Made by a program: the position numbers and the translations under genes
Assembly (NCBI GenBank): GCA_003279945.1
Contig: QCGK01000001.1
Coordinates: 114,211 to 178,210 of the forward strand
Direction of reading: 5' to 3'
Length of the DNA stretch: 64,000 nucleotides
Source: Prochlorococcus sp. AG-388-A01
GTDB lineage: Bacteria > Cyanobacteriota > Cyanobacteriia > PCC-6307 > Cyanobiaceae
In this document: positions 1 to 11,501 of the stretch, piece by piece
Numbering within the stretch: the stretch's first letter is position 1
Layout: each line of letters starts with the position of its first letter
Notes under the pieces: model-generated
Database searches by the model: none
What the model was told of the DNA's origin: nothing
What the model saw: only the letters and a program-made list of their open reading frames with translations

Positions 1-1314
1 AATAGCATAAGCTGCGGCACCAAGAGCTTGAACTAGAAGAAGGTTAATACCTCCACCATTGAACAATCCCATACCTGCTCCATCTCCTTGAACAGCTGTA
101 CCCCAAAGACCAATAACTAAAGTACCCCATACGCCACATACTCCGTGAACAGAGAATGCACCTACAGGATCATCGATCTCAGCGGCATCAAGAGCAGCTA
201 CAGAAAATACAACGATAATTCCACCTACTAGTCCTGCGAACCAGGCTCCAGCAAGTGTCATATCACCACAACCAGCAGTAATACTAACCAAACCAGCAAG
301 GATTCCGTTAATAATCATTGTAAGATCAGGCTTACCAGAAGTTAATGTTGAAACAATAGTTGCTCCAATAGCACCAGCTGCTGCTGCCAAAGTAGTTGTT
401 ACAGCAACATATGGAACCCATTGATCCATAGCAAGTTGAGAACCGGGGTTAAATCCATACCAACCTATCCATAGAACTAATGCACCCAAAGTAGCTATAG
501 CCATATTGTGTCCTGGCATAGCTTGTGGTTTCCCATCAGAGTATTTGCCAATTCTTGGTCCAAGAAGCATAGCTCCTACAAGACCTGCCCATGCTCCAAC
601 TGAGTGAACAATTGAAGAACCAGCAAAATCAACAAAACCCAATGAATCAAGCCAACCACCATTCCATTTCCAGCTACCAGCAATTGGATATATAAATGCA
701 GTTAATACAATCGCAAAAACAACAAATTCTCCAAATTTAACTCTTTCAGCAACAAGACCGGAAACGATAGTTGCCGCAGTTCCTGCAAAAGCAGACTGGA
801 ACAAGAAATCAACAGTTGGGACTAATCCAGCATCAGTTACCATATCTGCAGTAACTGTTGGATCAAAAAATAAGCCGCCAAAATAAAGCCAACCGTCAGC
901 AACACTTCCTCCGTACATTAATGAATAGCCGATAAACCAATAAGAAGTTACAGCTAGAGCAAATACAAAGAGGTTTTTAGCAAGAATGTTAACAGCGTTC
1001 TTAGAACGGCACATACCTGCCTCAACCATAGCGAAACCGGCGTTCATAAAGATCACTAAAATAGTAGCGATCAGAAGCCATAAATTGTTAGCAAGAAAAG
1101 CTGCATTCAACTCAGGTAAATCAGCTGCGTGAGCTGAAAGATTAAAAATACCTAAACCAAACAAAGCTAGTGGAACAGTTGCAAGCCACAACATAGAGCG
1201 GTTTGAACTAAATCCTCGAATACTCCTCAAAAGGAGCATAGGTCCATTGACAAGACTTGCATCTTGTAGTTTGGACCTAGAGCGCCTTTGAGGCGTTTGC
1301 AAAGCAGTGGTCAT
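1..1314 (-). CDS. amt1: Ammonium transporter Amt1 (3' end runs off the window)
   Basis: Not in ORF track; manual translation from ATG at 1314 gives MTTALQTPQRRS...FMNAGFAMVEAGMCRSKNAVNILAKN, plus FQSAFAGTAATIVSG, DFAGSSIVHSVG and DDPVGAFSVHG Amt motifs. Confidence 0.97.
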   Translation of the reverse strand, partial: MTTALQTPQRRSRSKLQDASLVNGPMLLLRSIRGFSSNRSMLWLATVPLALFGLGIFNLSAHAADLPELNAAFLANNLWLLIATILVIFMNAGFAMVEAGMCRSKNAVNILAKNLFVFALAVTSYWFIGYSLMYGGSVADGWLYFGGLFFDPTVTADMVTDAGLVPTVDFLFQSAFAGTAATIVSGLVAERVKFGEFVVFAIVLTAFIYPIAGSWKWNGGWLDSLGFVDFAGSSIVHSVGAWAGLVGAMLLGPRIGKYSDGKPQAMPGHNMAIATLGALVLWIGWYGFNPGSQLAMDQWVPYVAVTTTLAAAAGAIGATIVSTLTSGKPDLTMIINGILAGLVSITAGCGDMTLAGAWFAGLVGGIIVVFSVAALDAAEIDDPVGAFSVHGVCGVWGTLVIGLWGTAVQGDGAGMGLFNGGGINLLLVQALGAAAYAI

Positions 1315-1368
1315 AAAAAAAAATTAGATCTGCAAAAAAACAGTTTGTGCTGTTTCCTTTCAAATTTA

Positions 1369-1411
1369 AATTTATTCAAAAAACTTATCCGTGTCTAGTA
1401 GTTGTTTATAC
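1369..1411 (-). promoter_or_regulatory. NtcA-activated promoter of amt1
   Basis: GTA-gttgttta-TAC at 1398-1411; TAAATT (TAN3T) -10 box at 1374-1369 on minus strand, 23 nt spacer. Confidence 0.75.
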
Positions 1412-1494
1412 CATTTTTATAGTTGCACCTTAAAAAAATATTTGTTAAATTTGAAAAATTTTTTTTTTGGATTTCAAAATATCAAGGTTTTCGG

Positions 1495-2235
1495 CTATTT
1501 TAAGGGTTTAATTCCATTCCATGATACGTGGTCTTTATGAAATTCAAAGGAACAAGGGATAGTTATCATTCCTGCACTCAAAGATTCTCTAAAAAGACTG
1601 CCGTATAAAGGATCTGCATCATCTCCAGGGGCAAAAAAACAAGCGTCTTTTCTGGTAATACAAAGTACTAAAACACTTTTACTTTGAGGAATTAACTCCT
1701 TTAATTCCATGAGGTGTTTTTGGCCTCTTTTCGTTACTGTATCTGGGAATAGAGCTACATTTTCTTTAATCCAAGTCGTATTTTTAACCTCAATGTAAAT
1801 GTTACGTTTATCAGGATTTGAAGATTTTGGGATTAAAAAAAAGTCAATTCTGCTTTTTTTATCTTTTCCATAGGGAACTTCAGATTTAATTGTTTCTATT
1901 TCGCCTATCATTTCCTTTAGCAGATTTTTCTCTATAACATTTTTAATTAACTTATTTGCAAATAAAGTATTAATTCCCACCCAAACCTCCTCATTTTTTG
2001 CATCTAAAACACATATCTGTTCCCAAGTAAAAGGTAATTTTCTTTTTGGAGAAGGGGAAACACTTATTCTTACTTTTGCTCCCTCACTCAAAAGTCCCTT
2101 CATTGGGCCTGTATTAGCACAATGAGCAGTTACTACCTCTCCACTCTTTAATTTTATGTCTACAAGAAACCTTTTATACCTCTTGATTAAAAACCCTTCA
2201 ATTAGTGGATCAAATTCAATTATCCGATCATTCAT
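1495..2235 (-). CDS. sfsA: DNA/RNA nuclease SfsA
   Basis: [37 protein letters not shown] motifs. Confidence 0.95.
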   Translation of the reverse strand: MNDRIIEFDPLIEGFLIKRYKRFLVDIKLKSGEVVTAHCANTGPMKGLLSEGAKVRISVSPSPKRKLPFTWEQICVLDAKNEEVWVGINTLFANKLIKNVIEKNLLKEMIGEIETIKSEVPYGKDKKSRIDFFLIPKSSNPDKRNIYIEVKNTTWIKENVALFPDTVTKRGQKHLMELKELIPQSKSVLVLCITRKDACFFAPGDDADPLYGSLFRESLSAGMITIPCSFEFHKDHVSWNGIKPLK

Positions 2236-2305
2236 AAATATGTCGTTAGTTAAAAATCAAATATAATTGAAACTTGAACTTCTTGAAAAATTTAGACAAA
2301 TCCAA

Positions 2306-3862
2306 ATGCATTCATTTTTCAAAAATAATATTTTTTCAATTTCGTTTGGTACTAGTCTTAGTAAATTAGCTGGATGTATAAGACAAATATTTATAGCTGC
2401 TGCTTTTGGAGTTGGGGTAACATACGACGCATTTAATTATGCCTATATAATTCCAGGTTTTTTGCTAATAATTATTGGAGGAATTAATGGTCCCTTACAT
2501 AACGCAGTCGTTACAGTTCTAACTCCCCTTAACAAAAAAAATGGAGGAATTATCTTAACTCAAGTAAGCATAAAACTTTCAATAATATTAATTGGTTTAG
2601 CTATATTTATTTACTTTAATTCCAGTTTATTAATTGAATTATTAGCCCCCAATTTAAGTTACGAAGCTAAATCTATTGCCACTTACCAATTAAAAATACT
2701 TACACCTTGTATCCCTTTATCCGGATTCATAGGTTTAAGCTTTGGCGCGTTAAATTCCCAAAGAAAATTCTTTTTATCAAGTATAAGTCCTGCAATAACA
2801 AGCGTAACTACTATTTTTTTTATTTTATTAAGTTGGATTTTCAACCAAGAAAATACATACTCTCATTTCTTTACTTATACGGGATTACTAGCTTTTGCAA
2901 CTTTGACAGGAACTTTAATACAGTTTGTTGTTCAAATTTCGGAAATAAATAAAATCGGTCTCTTGAAATTAAAGTCAAACTTCCAATTATTTAATGATGA
3001 GGAGAGGAGGATATTCAAACTAATTATTCCAGCATCTATCTCATCAGGTCTTAGTCAAATTAATGTTTTTATCGATATGTTTTTCGCTTCAAGTTTTCAA
3101 GGAGCAGCATCGGGACTAGCTTACGGCAACTTTCTGATACAAGCCCCATTAGGCATATTATCTAACTCTTTGATTTTGCCATTACTTCCAAAATTCTCAA
3201 AATTGAGAAATGATGAAGACTATTTAGGCCTCCAAAAAAAATTAATCTCTGGTATAGACTACTGTTTCTTGACAACTATTTTTTTAACCGGATTTTTCAT
3301 AACATTTAATAATCAAATCGTACAATTAGTTTTTCAAAGAGGATCTTTTGATTATTCAGCGGCTTTAAAAGTAAAGAATATATTAATTGCTTATGCAGTT
3401 GGCATACCTTTTTATCTTTATAGAGATTTATTAGTAAGAACTTACTATTCAATAGAAAAAACAAACTTCCCTTTTAAGTCATCATTTGCAGGGATAATAT
3501 TAAATATTTTTTTTGATTGGTTTTTCATTGGTGCCCCAATTATTAATTTTGGGAATCTTTCACCATATAATTTTGGAGTTGTAGGAATAATATTATCTTC
3601 AGTAATAGTCAACTTTATAGTTTGTATTTTGCTTTCTTTTAATCTGAGAAATGAAAATATCCATTTGCCTAACTTGGATTTACTCAGGAAAATTATCCTC
3701 ATGTCATTAGCGGCATTTATAGATAGCACACTTTGTTTTACTATTTTCAAAACTACAAATAACTTCAATTCAAATATCGGAGAATTTTTATTATTAATAT
3801 TTGGATCTCTAACTTTTTTTTATAATCTATTTTTTTCTTACAAAATGCCTGAAAGTAAATAG
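2306..3862 (+). CDS. murJ: Lipid II flippase MurJ (MviN); probable C-terminal frameshift, corrected end would be 3890
   Basis: SKLAGCIRQIFIAAAFGVG...DAFNYAY, FQRGSF, multi-TM; ATG at 2306 preferred to TTG at 2267. Confidence 0.9.
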   Translation: MHSFFKNNIFSISFGTSLSKLAGCIRQIFIAAAFGVGVTYDAFNYAYIIPGFLLIIIGGINGPLHNAVVTVLTPLNKKNGGIILTQVSIKLSIILIGLAIFIYFNSSLLIELLAPNLSYEAKSIATYQLKILTPCIPLSGFIGLSFGALNSQRKFFLSSISPAITSVTTIFFILLSWIFNQENTYSHFFTYTGLLAFATLTGTLIQFVVQISEINKIGLLKLKSNFQLFNDEERRIFKLIIPASISSGLSQINVFIDMFFASSFQGAASGLAYGNFLIQAPLGILSNSLILPLLPKFSKLRNDEDYLGLQKKLISGIDYCFLTTIFLTGFFITFNNQIVQLVFQRGSFDYSAALKVKNILIAYAVGIPFYLYRDLLVRTYYSIEKTNFPFKSSFAGIILNIFFDWFFIGAPIINFGNLSPYNFGVVGIILSSVIVNFIVCILLSFNLRNENIHLPNLDLLRKIILMSLAAFIDSTLCFTIFKTTNNFNSNIGEFLLLIFGSLTFFYNLFFSYKMPESK

Positions 3863-3886
3863 ATTTAAAGTTTATAAAAAAAAGAT

Positions 3887-4177
3887 TTAGTTTTCAAAAA
3901 AACTTTCCAAAATCTCCTCTAATTCTAGAATTTGTGAGGAAGTGATTAAATTAATAAGTGGAATACTGTTAACACCATCCCCTACTTTTACATTTATTGC
4001 TTTCAAACTTATTTTCGCAGCCTCCAAAGGGCCTTGATCTTTATTGCTGATACATTCAATAGCAAGATTTCTAGCTAGGCCAGCATCTCCAAGATATAAA
4101 TTCCACTTTTCTATTTTTATAAAAACCTTTTCTGAAATAATATTTTCTAGATCACTTATTCGTATCTGAGAGTCCAT
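3887..4177 (-). CDS. Conserved cyanobacterial protein, DUF3181-like
   Basis: IEKWNLYLGDAGL motif. Confidence 0.75.
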   Translation of the reverse strand: MDSQIRISDLENIISEKVFIKIEKWNLYLGDAGLARNLAIECISNKDQGPLEAAKISLKAINVKVGDGVNSIPLINLITSSQILELEEILESFFEN

Positions 4178-4187
4178 AAATTAAAAA

Positions 4188-4439
4188 TTAAGTTGATTGT
4201 TTTGAAGTATCTTTAGGTTTTTTTATAATTACAAAAAGTAAATGTGAGGCTAAAAGAATTGACCAGAAAATTGCAAAATTATTAAAAAAAGAGATTTCAT
4301 ATTTAATTTCTTTTAAAAGCCATGTGCCACTTACAATCGCAGTAAATATCATGCAGTGAATAACAAAATTTACTATTCGAGAAAAATGTTTATAGATGGG
4401 ATCTTCTAAATCACCATTTCCGTACCATTTTATAGGCAT
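4188..4439 (-). CDS. Small two-TM hypothetical membrane protein
   Basis: 83 aa, two hydrophobic segments, tandem with neighbour. Confidence 0.7.
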   Translation of the reverse strand: MPIKWYGNGDLEDPIYKHFSRIVNFVIHCMIFTAIVSGTWLLKEIKYEISFFNNFAIFWSILLASHLLFVIIKKPKDTSKQST

Positions 4440-4525
4440 ATTAATAATTAGATTGTTAATAATAGATATTTTACCTGAAATCTAGTTGACTAAGAGACCC
4501 TGAAACAGAGATATTACATAATTAT

Positions 4526-4599
4526 GCGCCTGTAGCTCAGTGGATTAGAGCACCTGACTACGGATCAGGGTGTCGGGAGTTCGAATCTCTCCAGGCGCG
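4526..4599 (+). tRNA. tRNA-Arg(ACG)
   Basis: Acceptor GCGCCTG/CAGGCGC; anticodon arm CCTGA-CTACGGA-TCAGG; T-loop GTTCGAATC; CCA not encoded. Confidence 0.97.
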
Positions 4600-4676
4600 T
4601 TTAAAATTATGAAATATTCTTTTTATATTTTTCTAAAAAATATCGTCTATATTATGGTTATTACTTATCAAATTCA

Positions 4677-5948
4677 ATGAATATCCTCCAAAATCTTAAA
4701 GAAAGTGATCCAGTAATATCCAATTTTATTAACTCTGAAAAAAATAGACAGGAAACTCATCTTGAGTTGATCGCAAGCGAAAATTTCGCATCAATTGCCG
4801 TCATGCAGGCTCAAGGATCAGTCCTTACAAATAAATACGCAGAGGGATTACCTCAAAAAAGATATTACGGAGGATGTGAATTTGTTGATGAAATCGAAGA
4901 ATTAGCTATTCAGAGAGCGAAAAAATTATTTAATGCAAATTGGGCTAATGTTCAACCCCATAGTGGAGCACAGGCAAATGCTGCTGTTTTCCTAAGTTTA
5001 CTAAAACCTGGCGAAACAATCCTGGGGATGGATTTATCTCATGGTGGACACTTAACTCATGGATCTCCAGTAAATATGAGTGGTAAGTGGTTTAATGCAG
5101 TTCACTATGGTGTAAATAAAGAAACTAGTGAATTAAATTTTGATGAAATAAGAGAGATAGCACTAGAAACAAAACCAAAATTGATCATATGCGGATATTC
5201 AGCTTATCCAAGAACAATCGATTTTGAATCATTTAGAAAAATTGCAGATGAAGTTGGTGCATTCTTAATGGCTGATATTGCACACATCGCAGGTCTTGTA
5301 GCAAGTAAACTTCATCCAAATCCAATCCCTTATTGTGATGTAGTAACTACAACTACTCATAAAACATTAAGAGGGCCTAGAGGTGGACTTATCTTGTGTA
5401 AAGATGCAGAATTTGGAAAGAAATTTGATAAATCTGTTTTCCCAGGAACTCAGGGTGGTCCCCTTGAACATATTATTGCAGCTAAAGCAGTTGCATTTGG
5501 AGAAGCCTTACAGTCAGATTTCGTTAATTATTCCCAACAAGTAATAAAAAATGCCAAAGTTCTAGCTTCAACTTTAATAAATAGAGGTATTGATATCGTT
5601 AGTGGAGGCACCGATAATCATATTGTTTTACTCGATTTAAGAAGTATCAATATGACTGGCAAAATTGCTGACTTGCTCGTAAGTGAAGTGAATATCACTG
5701 CAAATAAAAATACTGTTCCATTTGACCCCGAATCACCTTTCGTAACCAGCGGGCTAAGGTTAGGTACTGCTGCTTTAACTACTAGAGGCTTTAATGAGAA
5801 TGCTTTTGCTGAAGTTGGCGAAATTATTGCTGATAGATTACTTAATCCAAACGATTCACTGATTGAAAGTCAATGTAAAGAAAGAGTATTATCCTTATGT
5901 AATCGTTTTCCTCTTTATGAAAGCAAACTTGAAGCATCAATTAAATGA
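4677..5948 (+). CDS. glyA: Serine hydroxymethyltransferase
   Basis: [30 protein letters not shown]-lysine motif. Confidence 0.99.
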   Translation: MNILQNLKESDPVISNFINSEKNRQETHLELIASENFASIAVMQAQGSVLTNKYAEGLPQKRYYGGCEFVDEIEELAIQRAKKLFNANWANVQPHSGAQANAAVFLSLLKPGETILGMDLSHGGHLTHGSPVNMSGKWFNAVHYGVNKETSELNFDEIREIALETKPKLIICGYSAYPRTIDFESFRKIADEVGAFLMADIAHIAGLVASKLHPNPIPYCDVVTTTTHKTLRGPRGGLILCKDAEFGKKFDKSVFPGTQGGPLEHIIAAKAVAFGEALQSDFVNYSQQVIKNAKVLASTLINRGIDIVSGGTDNHIVLLDLRSINMTGKIADLLVSEVNITANKNTVPFDPESPFVTSGLRLGTAALTTRGFNENAFAEVGEIIADRLLNPNDSLIESQCKERVLSLCNRFPLYESKLEASIK

Positions 5949-7219
5949 GTCCTAATTCCAAAGGAGTTGAAATTCTTTCTATTGGAACAGAGCTACTTTT
6001 AGGAAATATTATAAATACAAATGCTCAATGGATTTCTGAACAGTTGTCTCAATTAGGCTTAAATCACTTTAGGCAATCTACTGTAGGTGATAATTGTGAT
6101 CGAATTATGAAAGTAATTCAAGAAATATCGAAAAGAAGTAATCTTCTAATTACAACTGGTGGCTTGGGGCCCACTCCAGATGACTTAACTACTGAAGCAA
6201 TAGCCAAATCTTTTGATGTATCTCTGTTAGAAAGACCGCACTTATGGGATGAAATTAAACAAAAACTTTCAAAGTCAAATTTTCAGGATGATTCCTCTAG
6301 CTTAAGGAAACAATGTTTCTTCCCAAAAAATGCTCAAATAATTAATAACCCTAGGGGCACTGCTCCAGGAATGATTTGGGAACCAGTAAAAGGATTCACT
6401 ATTCTTACTTTCCCTGGAGTCCCTAGTGAAATGAAAACAATGTGGGAAGAGACGGCATATGATTTTGTTAAAACCAAGTTTTCAGATAGTTATTCCTTTT
6501 TTTCAAATACTCTTAAATTTACAGGCATTGGAGAATCTAGCGTTGCAGAAAAAATTAACGATCTATTAAATCTTAAAAACCCGACTGTGGCTCCATATGC
6601 AAACTTAGGAGAGGTTAAACTCAGAATCACAGCGCGAGCAAAGAATGATCTAGAAGCAAAAAATATAATTAAACCTATTAAAGATAAATTAAAAAAAGAA
6701 TTTTCGAAATTTATTTTTGGAGAAGATAATGATACTCTTCCCGGCGTTTTAATAAAAGAATTAACAAGGAGGAATGAAACCATTGTTTTTGCTGAATCCT
6801 GCACAGGAGGCCTTCTATCTTCATCACTAACATCAATATCAGGCTCATCTCAAGTTTTTCAAGGTAGTATTATTTCCTATAGTAATGAGCTAAAAAATTC
6901 ATTATTAAATATTTCTAAAGAAAAGCTTACAAAATATGGCGCTGTTTCTAAAGAAGTTTGTGAGGCCATGGCAATTAATGTAAAAGAGAAATTAGGAGCA
7001 GATTGGGCAATAGCAATTAGTGGAATAGCTGGTCCTAACGGAGGCAGTGAAGATAAACCCGTTGGACTTGTCTACATCTCAATTTCAGGACCAAATAATC
7101 ATATAACTAATATAAAAAAACTATTTAACTCAACCCGAAATAGAATAGAAATTCAAACACTAAGTGTAAATGTGTGTTTGAACAGCATCAGATTAATCCT
7201 ATTATCGAATAGTAAGTAA
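5945..7219 (+). CDS. cinA: Competence/damage-inducible protein CinA (MocF plus PncC domains)
   Basis: [30 protein letters not shown]. Confidence 0.96.
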   Translation: MSPNSKGVEILSIGTELLLGNIINTNAQWISEQLSQLGLNHFRQSTVGDNCDRIMKVIQEISKRSNLLITTGGLGPTPDDLTTEAIAKSFDVSLLERPHLWDEIKQKLSKSNFQDDSSSLRKQCFFPKNAQIINNPRGTAPGMIWEPVKGFTILTFPGVPSEMKTMWEETAYDFVKTKFSDSYSFFSNTLKFTGIGESSVAEKINDLLNLKNPTVAPYANLGEVKLRITARAKNDLEAKNIIKPIKDKLKKEFSKFIFGEDNDTLPGVLIKELTRRNETIVFAESCTGGLLSSSLTSISGSSQVFQGSIISYSNELKNSLLNISKEKLTKYGAVSKEVCEAMAINVKEKLGADWAIAISGIAGPNGGSEDKPVGLVYISISGPNNHITNIKKLFNSTRNRIEIQTLSVNVCLNSIRLILLSNSK

Positions 7220-7232
7220 CTATTTTTACAAA

Positions 7233-8643
7233 TTGAGTCAAGATACCCTATTTGATAAAGTTTGGGATTTACATAAAGTTTCAAGTCTTCCTGGGGGGTC
7301 AGATCAAATATTTATTGGCCTCCACCTCATCCATGAAGTTACTAGTCCACAAGCATTCGGTGCCTTAAAAGACAAAAACTTAAAGGTAAAATTTCCCAAT
7401 AGAACTGTTGCCACTGTTGATCATATTGTACCAACAGATAATCAGAGCAGGCCTTTTAAAGATAATCTTGCTGAAGAAATGATTGAAACACTAGAGAAGA
7501 ATTGCTTAGAACATAAAATACAATTTTTTAATATTGGAAGTGGCAATCAAGGAATAGTTCACGTAGTAGCTCCAGAGTTGGGGCTAACACAACCAGGAAT
7601 GACAATAGCTTGTGGAGATTCACATACTTCAACTCATGGAGCTTTTGGGTCAATTGCTTTTGGTATAGGTACTAGCCAAGTGAGAGATGTTCTTGCTTCC
7701 CAAACCATTGCCATGAACAAATTGAAGGTGAGACAGATTTGGTGTGAAAATAAATTATCTAAGGGGGTCTATGCCAAGGATTTAGTGCTTCATATTATTA
7801 ATAAACTTGGTGTAAAAGCTGGAGTAGGTTTTGCATATGAGTTCGCAGGGCCTGCAATTAATGCATTATCAATGGAAGAAAGAATGACAATATGCAATAT
7901 GTCTATTGAGGGGGGGGGCTAGATGCGGCTACATAAACCCCGATGAAAAGACCTTTGCATACATAAAAAATAGATTATGTGCTCCTCAAAATGATAAATG
8001 GCAAGAAGCTGTTAAGTGGTGGAGCTCATTAAAAAGTGATGAAAATTCAATTTATGATGATGTGGTTAAATTAAATACTTCCGAAATTGAACCAACCGTA
8101 ACCTGGGGAATCACTCCAGGACAAAGCATAGGTATAAACCAAAAAATTCCCTCGAACCTCGAAATCGATTCAGATTCTCAATTTATTGCTGAAGAAGCTT
8201 ATCAATATATGGGTTTCAAACCTGGTGAATTTATTAAAAATACTCCTATTGACGTTTGTTTTATAGGTAGTTGCACCAACGGAAGAATAAGTGATTTGCG
8301 AGTAGCTGCTGAAATTGTTAAATGTAATAAAGTTGCAAATCATGTTAAGGCATTTGTAGTTCCAGGATCTGAGAAAGTAGCTAAAGAAGCAAAAAAAGAG
8401 GGACTTGATAAAATTTTCATAGATGCAGGTTTTCAATGGAGAGAGCCTGGTTGCTCAATGTGTCTAGCCATGAATTCAGATAAGTTGATAGGCAATCAAA
8501 TAAGTGCTAGTTCAAGCAATCGTAATTTCAAAGGAAGACAAGGATCTCCTAAAGGTAGAACATTATTAATGAGTCCTGCGATGGTTGCTGCTGCTGCCAT
8601 ATCAGGGAAAATAACTGATGTTAGAGATTTGATTAAAAAATGA
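7233..8643 (+). CDS. leuC: 3-isopropylmalate dehydratase large subunit, split by a +1 frameshift in a G9 run (7910-7918)
   Basis: N-half [15 protein letters not shown]; C-half [26 protein letters not shown]; removing one G restores NMSIEGGARCG. Confidence 0.95.
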
Positions 8644-9278
8644 TTAAAAAATTTCAAGCTCCATTAGGTAAACTATCAAAAATAATTGGTAAACCGATAG
8701 TCTTAATTGGTGATGATATTGATACTGATCGAATTATTCCAGCTCGTTTTTTAAAGTGTGTAAATTTCGATAATTTAGGACAATTCGTTTTTGAAGATGA
8801 TAGAAAAGATCTTAAAGGAAAACATCCTTTTGATTTGGATTCGAATAAAGGATCTTCAATACTTATTGTTAATAGTAATTTTGGATGCGGTTCTAGTAGA
8901 GAACATGCACCCCAAGCTCTTCTAAGGTGGGGAATAAGAGCGATTATTGGAGAAAGTTTTGCAGAAATTTTCTATAGTAACTGTACTGCAATTGGAATTC
9001 CATGTTTCACACTTCCAAAAAAATTAATTAAAAATATCCAAGAAAAGAAATATATAAATGATTCTTATTGTGAAATAGATGTTAATAAATCCACTCTAAA
9101 ATCAAAATTGTTTAATTTAGATTTAAAAATAAAAAATACTTCAAAGAATATGTTTTTATCTGGGGAGTGGGATGCAACCTCAACACTTCTTCAAAATGAA
9201 AAGCTAATTGAAAAAAAAATAAATGACTTACCTTACACAAAATTTTATCATTCCAATGAATTATTCAAAACCATATAA
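8640..9278 (+). CDS. leuD: 3-isopropylmalate dehydratase small subunit
   Basis: [25 protein letters not shown]. Confidence 0.98.
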   Translation: MIKKFQAPLGKLSKIIGKPIVLIGDDIDTDRIIPARFLKCVNFDNLGQFVFEDDRKDLKGKHPFDLDSNKGSSILIVNSNFGCGSSREHAPQALLRWGIRAIIGESFAEIFYSNCTAIGIPCFTLPKKLIKNIQEKKYINDSYCEIDVNKSTLKSKLFNLDLKIKNTSKNMFLSGEWDATSTLLQNEKLIEKKINDLPYTKFYHSNELFKTI

Positions 9279-11243
9279 AGAAAAACTTATTCCTCCAGAT
9301 TGATTATTTGGTTGATAAAAAATACCTAATTCGTATGATCTTTTCTTCAAGCTTATCGAAATTTTTGAACTTATAAAGTCTCCGTAATCTTCAGAATTTT
9401 TATCAAGATTTAAAGAACCATTGGTCTTCAAAAGTATAGGTCCATATAGTTGTTGGTCAAAAGCTAAATCCAAAGTAAATTGATCTGAAGTTTGATCAAA
9501 TTTAAAAATACTGTCACCACTTTTTAGCTTATAAGAAGGAAACAAGCTAATTCTTGTATAGTCAAAATATTTTTTCTTAAATTCTCCAAAGACAAATTCA
9601 GGTCCAACTCCAAATTCAATATATTCTTGATGATTACCACTATCATAAAAAGAATATAAAACGGCTAATTTTGTATCAATATGGATTCCTTGTTTAACTG
9701 GCTCAAAAATATAATCAAATGAACTATCAACAAATTTGTTTTTAGATTCTTTAATTTTTATAGGAAACTTTTGATCAAATGAATAAAAAATATTGCCTCT
9801 TAAACTATTTACTAAATTTTTACTATTTAATTCTTCTCCTTTAAAGTTTCCTAAACCTAACTTTAATCTCTCAGTTTTAGTGATGCCATTTGTTTCCCAA
9901 GTATTTGTCTTTTCTAGTTTTGAACCATAACCTAAATAAACTTCAGCTTCGCCTATTGAACCATTCCAAATCCTATCTCTGTAAACCCCATAAAAACTTT
10001 TAACCCACTTTGAATTTAAAAAGTCAATTTTCTTGCTTATATTAAATTTCAATCTTGAAGCATCTAAAAACTTTCCAGAATCAAACGAATTTAGTTTCTT
10101 GGAAATTTTAAGGTCCCATTTATTCAATTTTCCAAAAAGCTCTGAATCTAAAGCAAAATAATCCGAAAAATAAGTATATCTTTTTACTTTATCTGAAGTT
10201 ATCGATTCTCGATCACCGACAAAACTATTTGTATAACCTTGCATTGATCTTTCGATCAAAAATTGAGGTTCTAGATTGAGTTTAAAATCTTCAGTTACTT
10301 TTATCGGATCTAATCTTCTGCCTATAAAATAACCATCCTTATCTAAATTATCGAAACCCAAGTACCATTTTGGTTTGAGGCCAAATAAATACCCCTCTTC
10401 GGAATCTCTTATCGTTCTATTTCCAAACCAAAATGGAATCGAAAACTTATCTTCTAAAACTAAAAAATTTATCGATGATTTAATTTCTAAGCTATCTTTA
10501 TTTGGAATAATTTTTAGATTATTAATTACAAAATTAATTTGATCTGAATCAAGCAAATCATTAGTAAAAATTGCTTTTTTAGCTAACCATTGATCATTTT
10601 TTACTTTTAATTCATCCGTATAGAAAATCCAATTATTGACACCTTTTGGGGTATGTAGGACACTAACCTTTTTTATTTTTTGGACAACTGATGAAAATCT
10701 ATCAGAATCATAAGAAGTAAAATCCAAATTTTCTAAAAGATTTTTGGTTTTTATTAGTCCTTTTACTTTAATGAAAGAGCCTTGTTTATTTTTAAAATCA
10801 AAATTAATTTTCTCTGCACTAAATATTTGATCTCCAAGAATCAATATGACATCCCCCTCTGCTTCTACTATCCCTTTAGACTTATCATAAACAAGAACAT
10901 CAGCCTTTAAAGTATTTCCTTTGAAATTAGCTATTACATTGCCCTCAGCATATAAAACAGAGTCCTGCTGATATTGTTTTTCAGATTGTATTTCTAGCTG
11001 AAATTTTTGATTCAAATTTCCGTCAGATACAATTTTTTTTGTAGATTCGAAACCATCATCAATTGTTTTATCAGAAGTTGATTTTTCTTGAGATGAAAAA
11101 TTTGCAATATAAATTTTGCTTAAATTTTCTACTTCTAGATAATCCTTATTTGAAGAAGATGATAAAACAGGGTATGAAAAATTGATTAAATTAAATAAAA
11201 AGAGATTTGTAAATATAAATTTTCTAAGTTCAGAAATACTCAA
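9261..11243 (-). CDS. LptD/OstA-like outer-membrane protein (DUF3769-like)
   Basis: Signal-like N-terminus, AEGNV/AEGDV beta-jellyroll repeats, beta-rich C-terminus ending SFSLYGFE. Confidence 0.7.
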   Translation of the reverse strand: MSISELRKFIFTNLFLFNLINFSYPVLSSSSNKDYLEVENLSKIYIANFSSQEKSTSDKTIDDGFESTKKIVSDGNLNQKFQLEIQSEKQYQQDSVLYAEGNVIANFKGNTLKADVLVYDKSKGIVEAEGDVILILGDQIFSAEKINFDFKNKQGSFIKVKGLIKTKNLLENLDFTSYDSDRFSSVVQKIKKVSVLHTPKGVNNWIFYTDELKVKNDQWLAKKAIFTNDLLDSDQINFVINNLKIIPNKDSLEIKSSINFLVLEDKFSIPFWFGNRTIRDSEEGYLFGLKPKWYLGFDNLDKDGYFIGRRLDPIKVTEDFKLNLEPQFLIERSMQGYTNSFVGDRESITSDKVKRYTYFSDYFALDSELFGKLNKWDLKISKKLNSFDSGKFLDASRLKFNISKKIDFLNSKWVKSFYGVYRDRIWNGSIGEAEVYLGYGSKLEKTNTWETNGITKTERLKLGLGNFKGEELNSKNLVNSLRGNIFYSFDQKFPIKIKESKNKFVDSSFDYIFEPVKQGIHIDTKLAVLYSFYDSGNHQEYIEFGVGPEFVFGEFKKKYFDYTRISLFPSYKLKSGDSIFKFDQTSDQFTLDLAFDQQLYGPILLKTNGSLNLDKNSEDYGDFISSKISISLKKRSYELGIFYQPNNQSGGISFSLYGFE

Positions 11244-11265
11244 TATATATTACCAAAAAGCATAT

Positions 11266-11394
11266 TTAATCCTGAGGACTTTCTAAATCTTTTCTGTTAG
11301 GCGTTCTTGTAGGGTCACTAGCCAAAAAGCCGAAGAGAAATATTCCGACAAAGAAAAAAACAATAGTGTAAACAGAAATTTTTAATGCAAGCAT
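11266..11394 (-). CDS. psbI: Photosystem II protein PsbI
   Basis: Below ORF cutoff; [42 protein letters not shown]. Confidence 0.96.
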
Positions 11395-11501
11395 GGAAGT
11401 ACGGGTACTGACTGAACTATATCCTATAAAGAATATATTTAATTTATGATAAAAGGTTTACTTTTTGTATTTTTGGAAAATTTTGAAATACTTTAGGTAA
11501 A

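Noticed and set aside
4526-4676. tRNA-Arg as an island integration site
   Set aside because: No duplicated tRNA 3' end noticed; glyA follows within 80 bp. The same holds for tRNA-Leu at 24372
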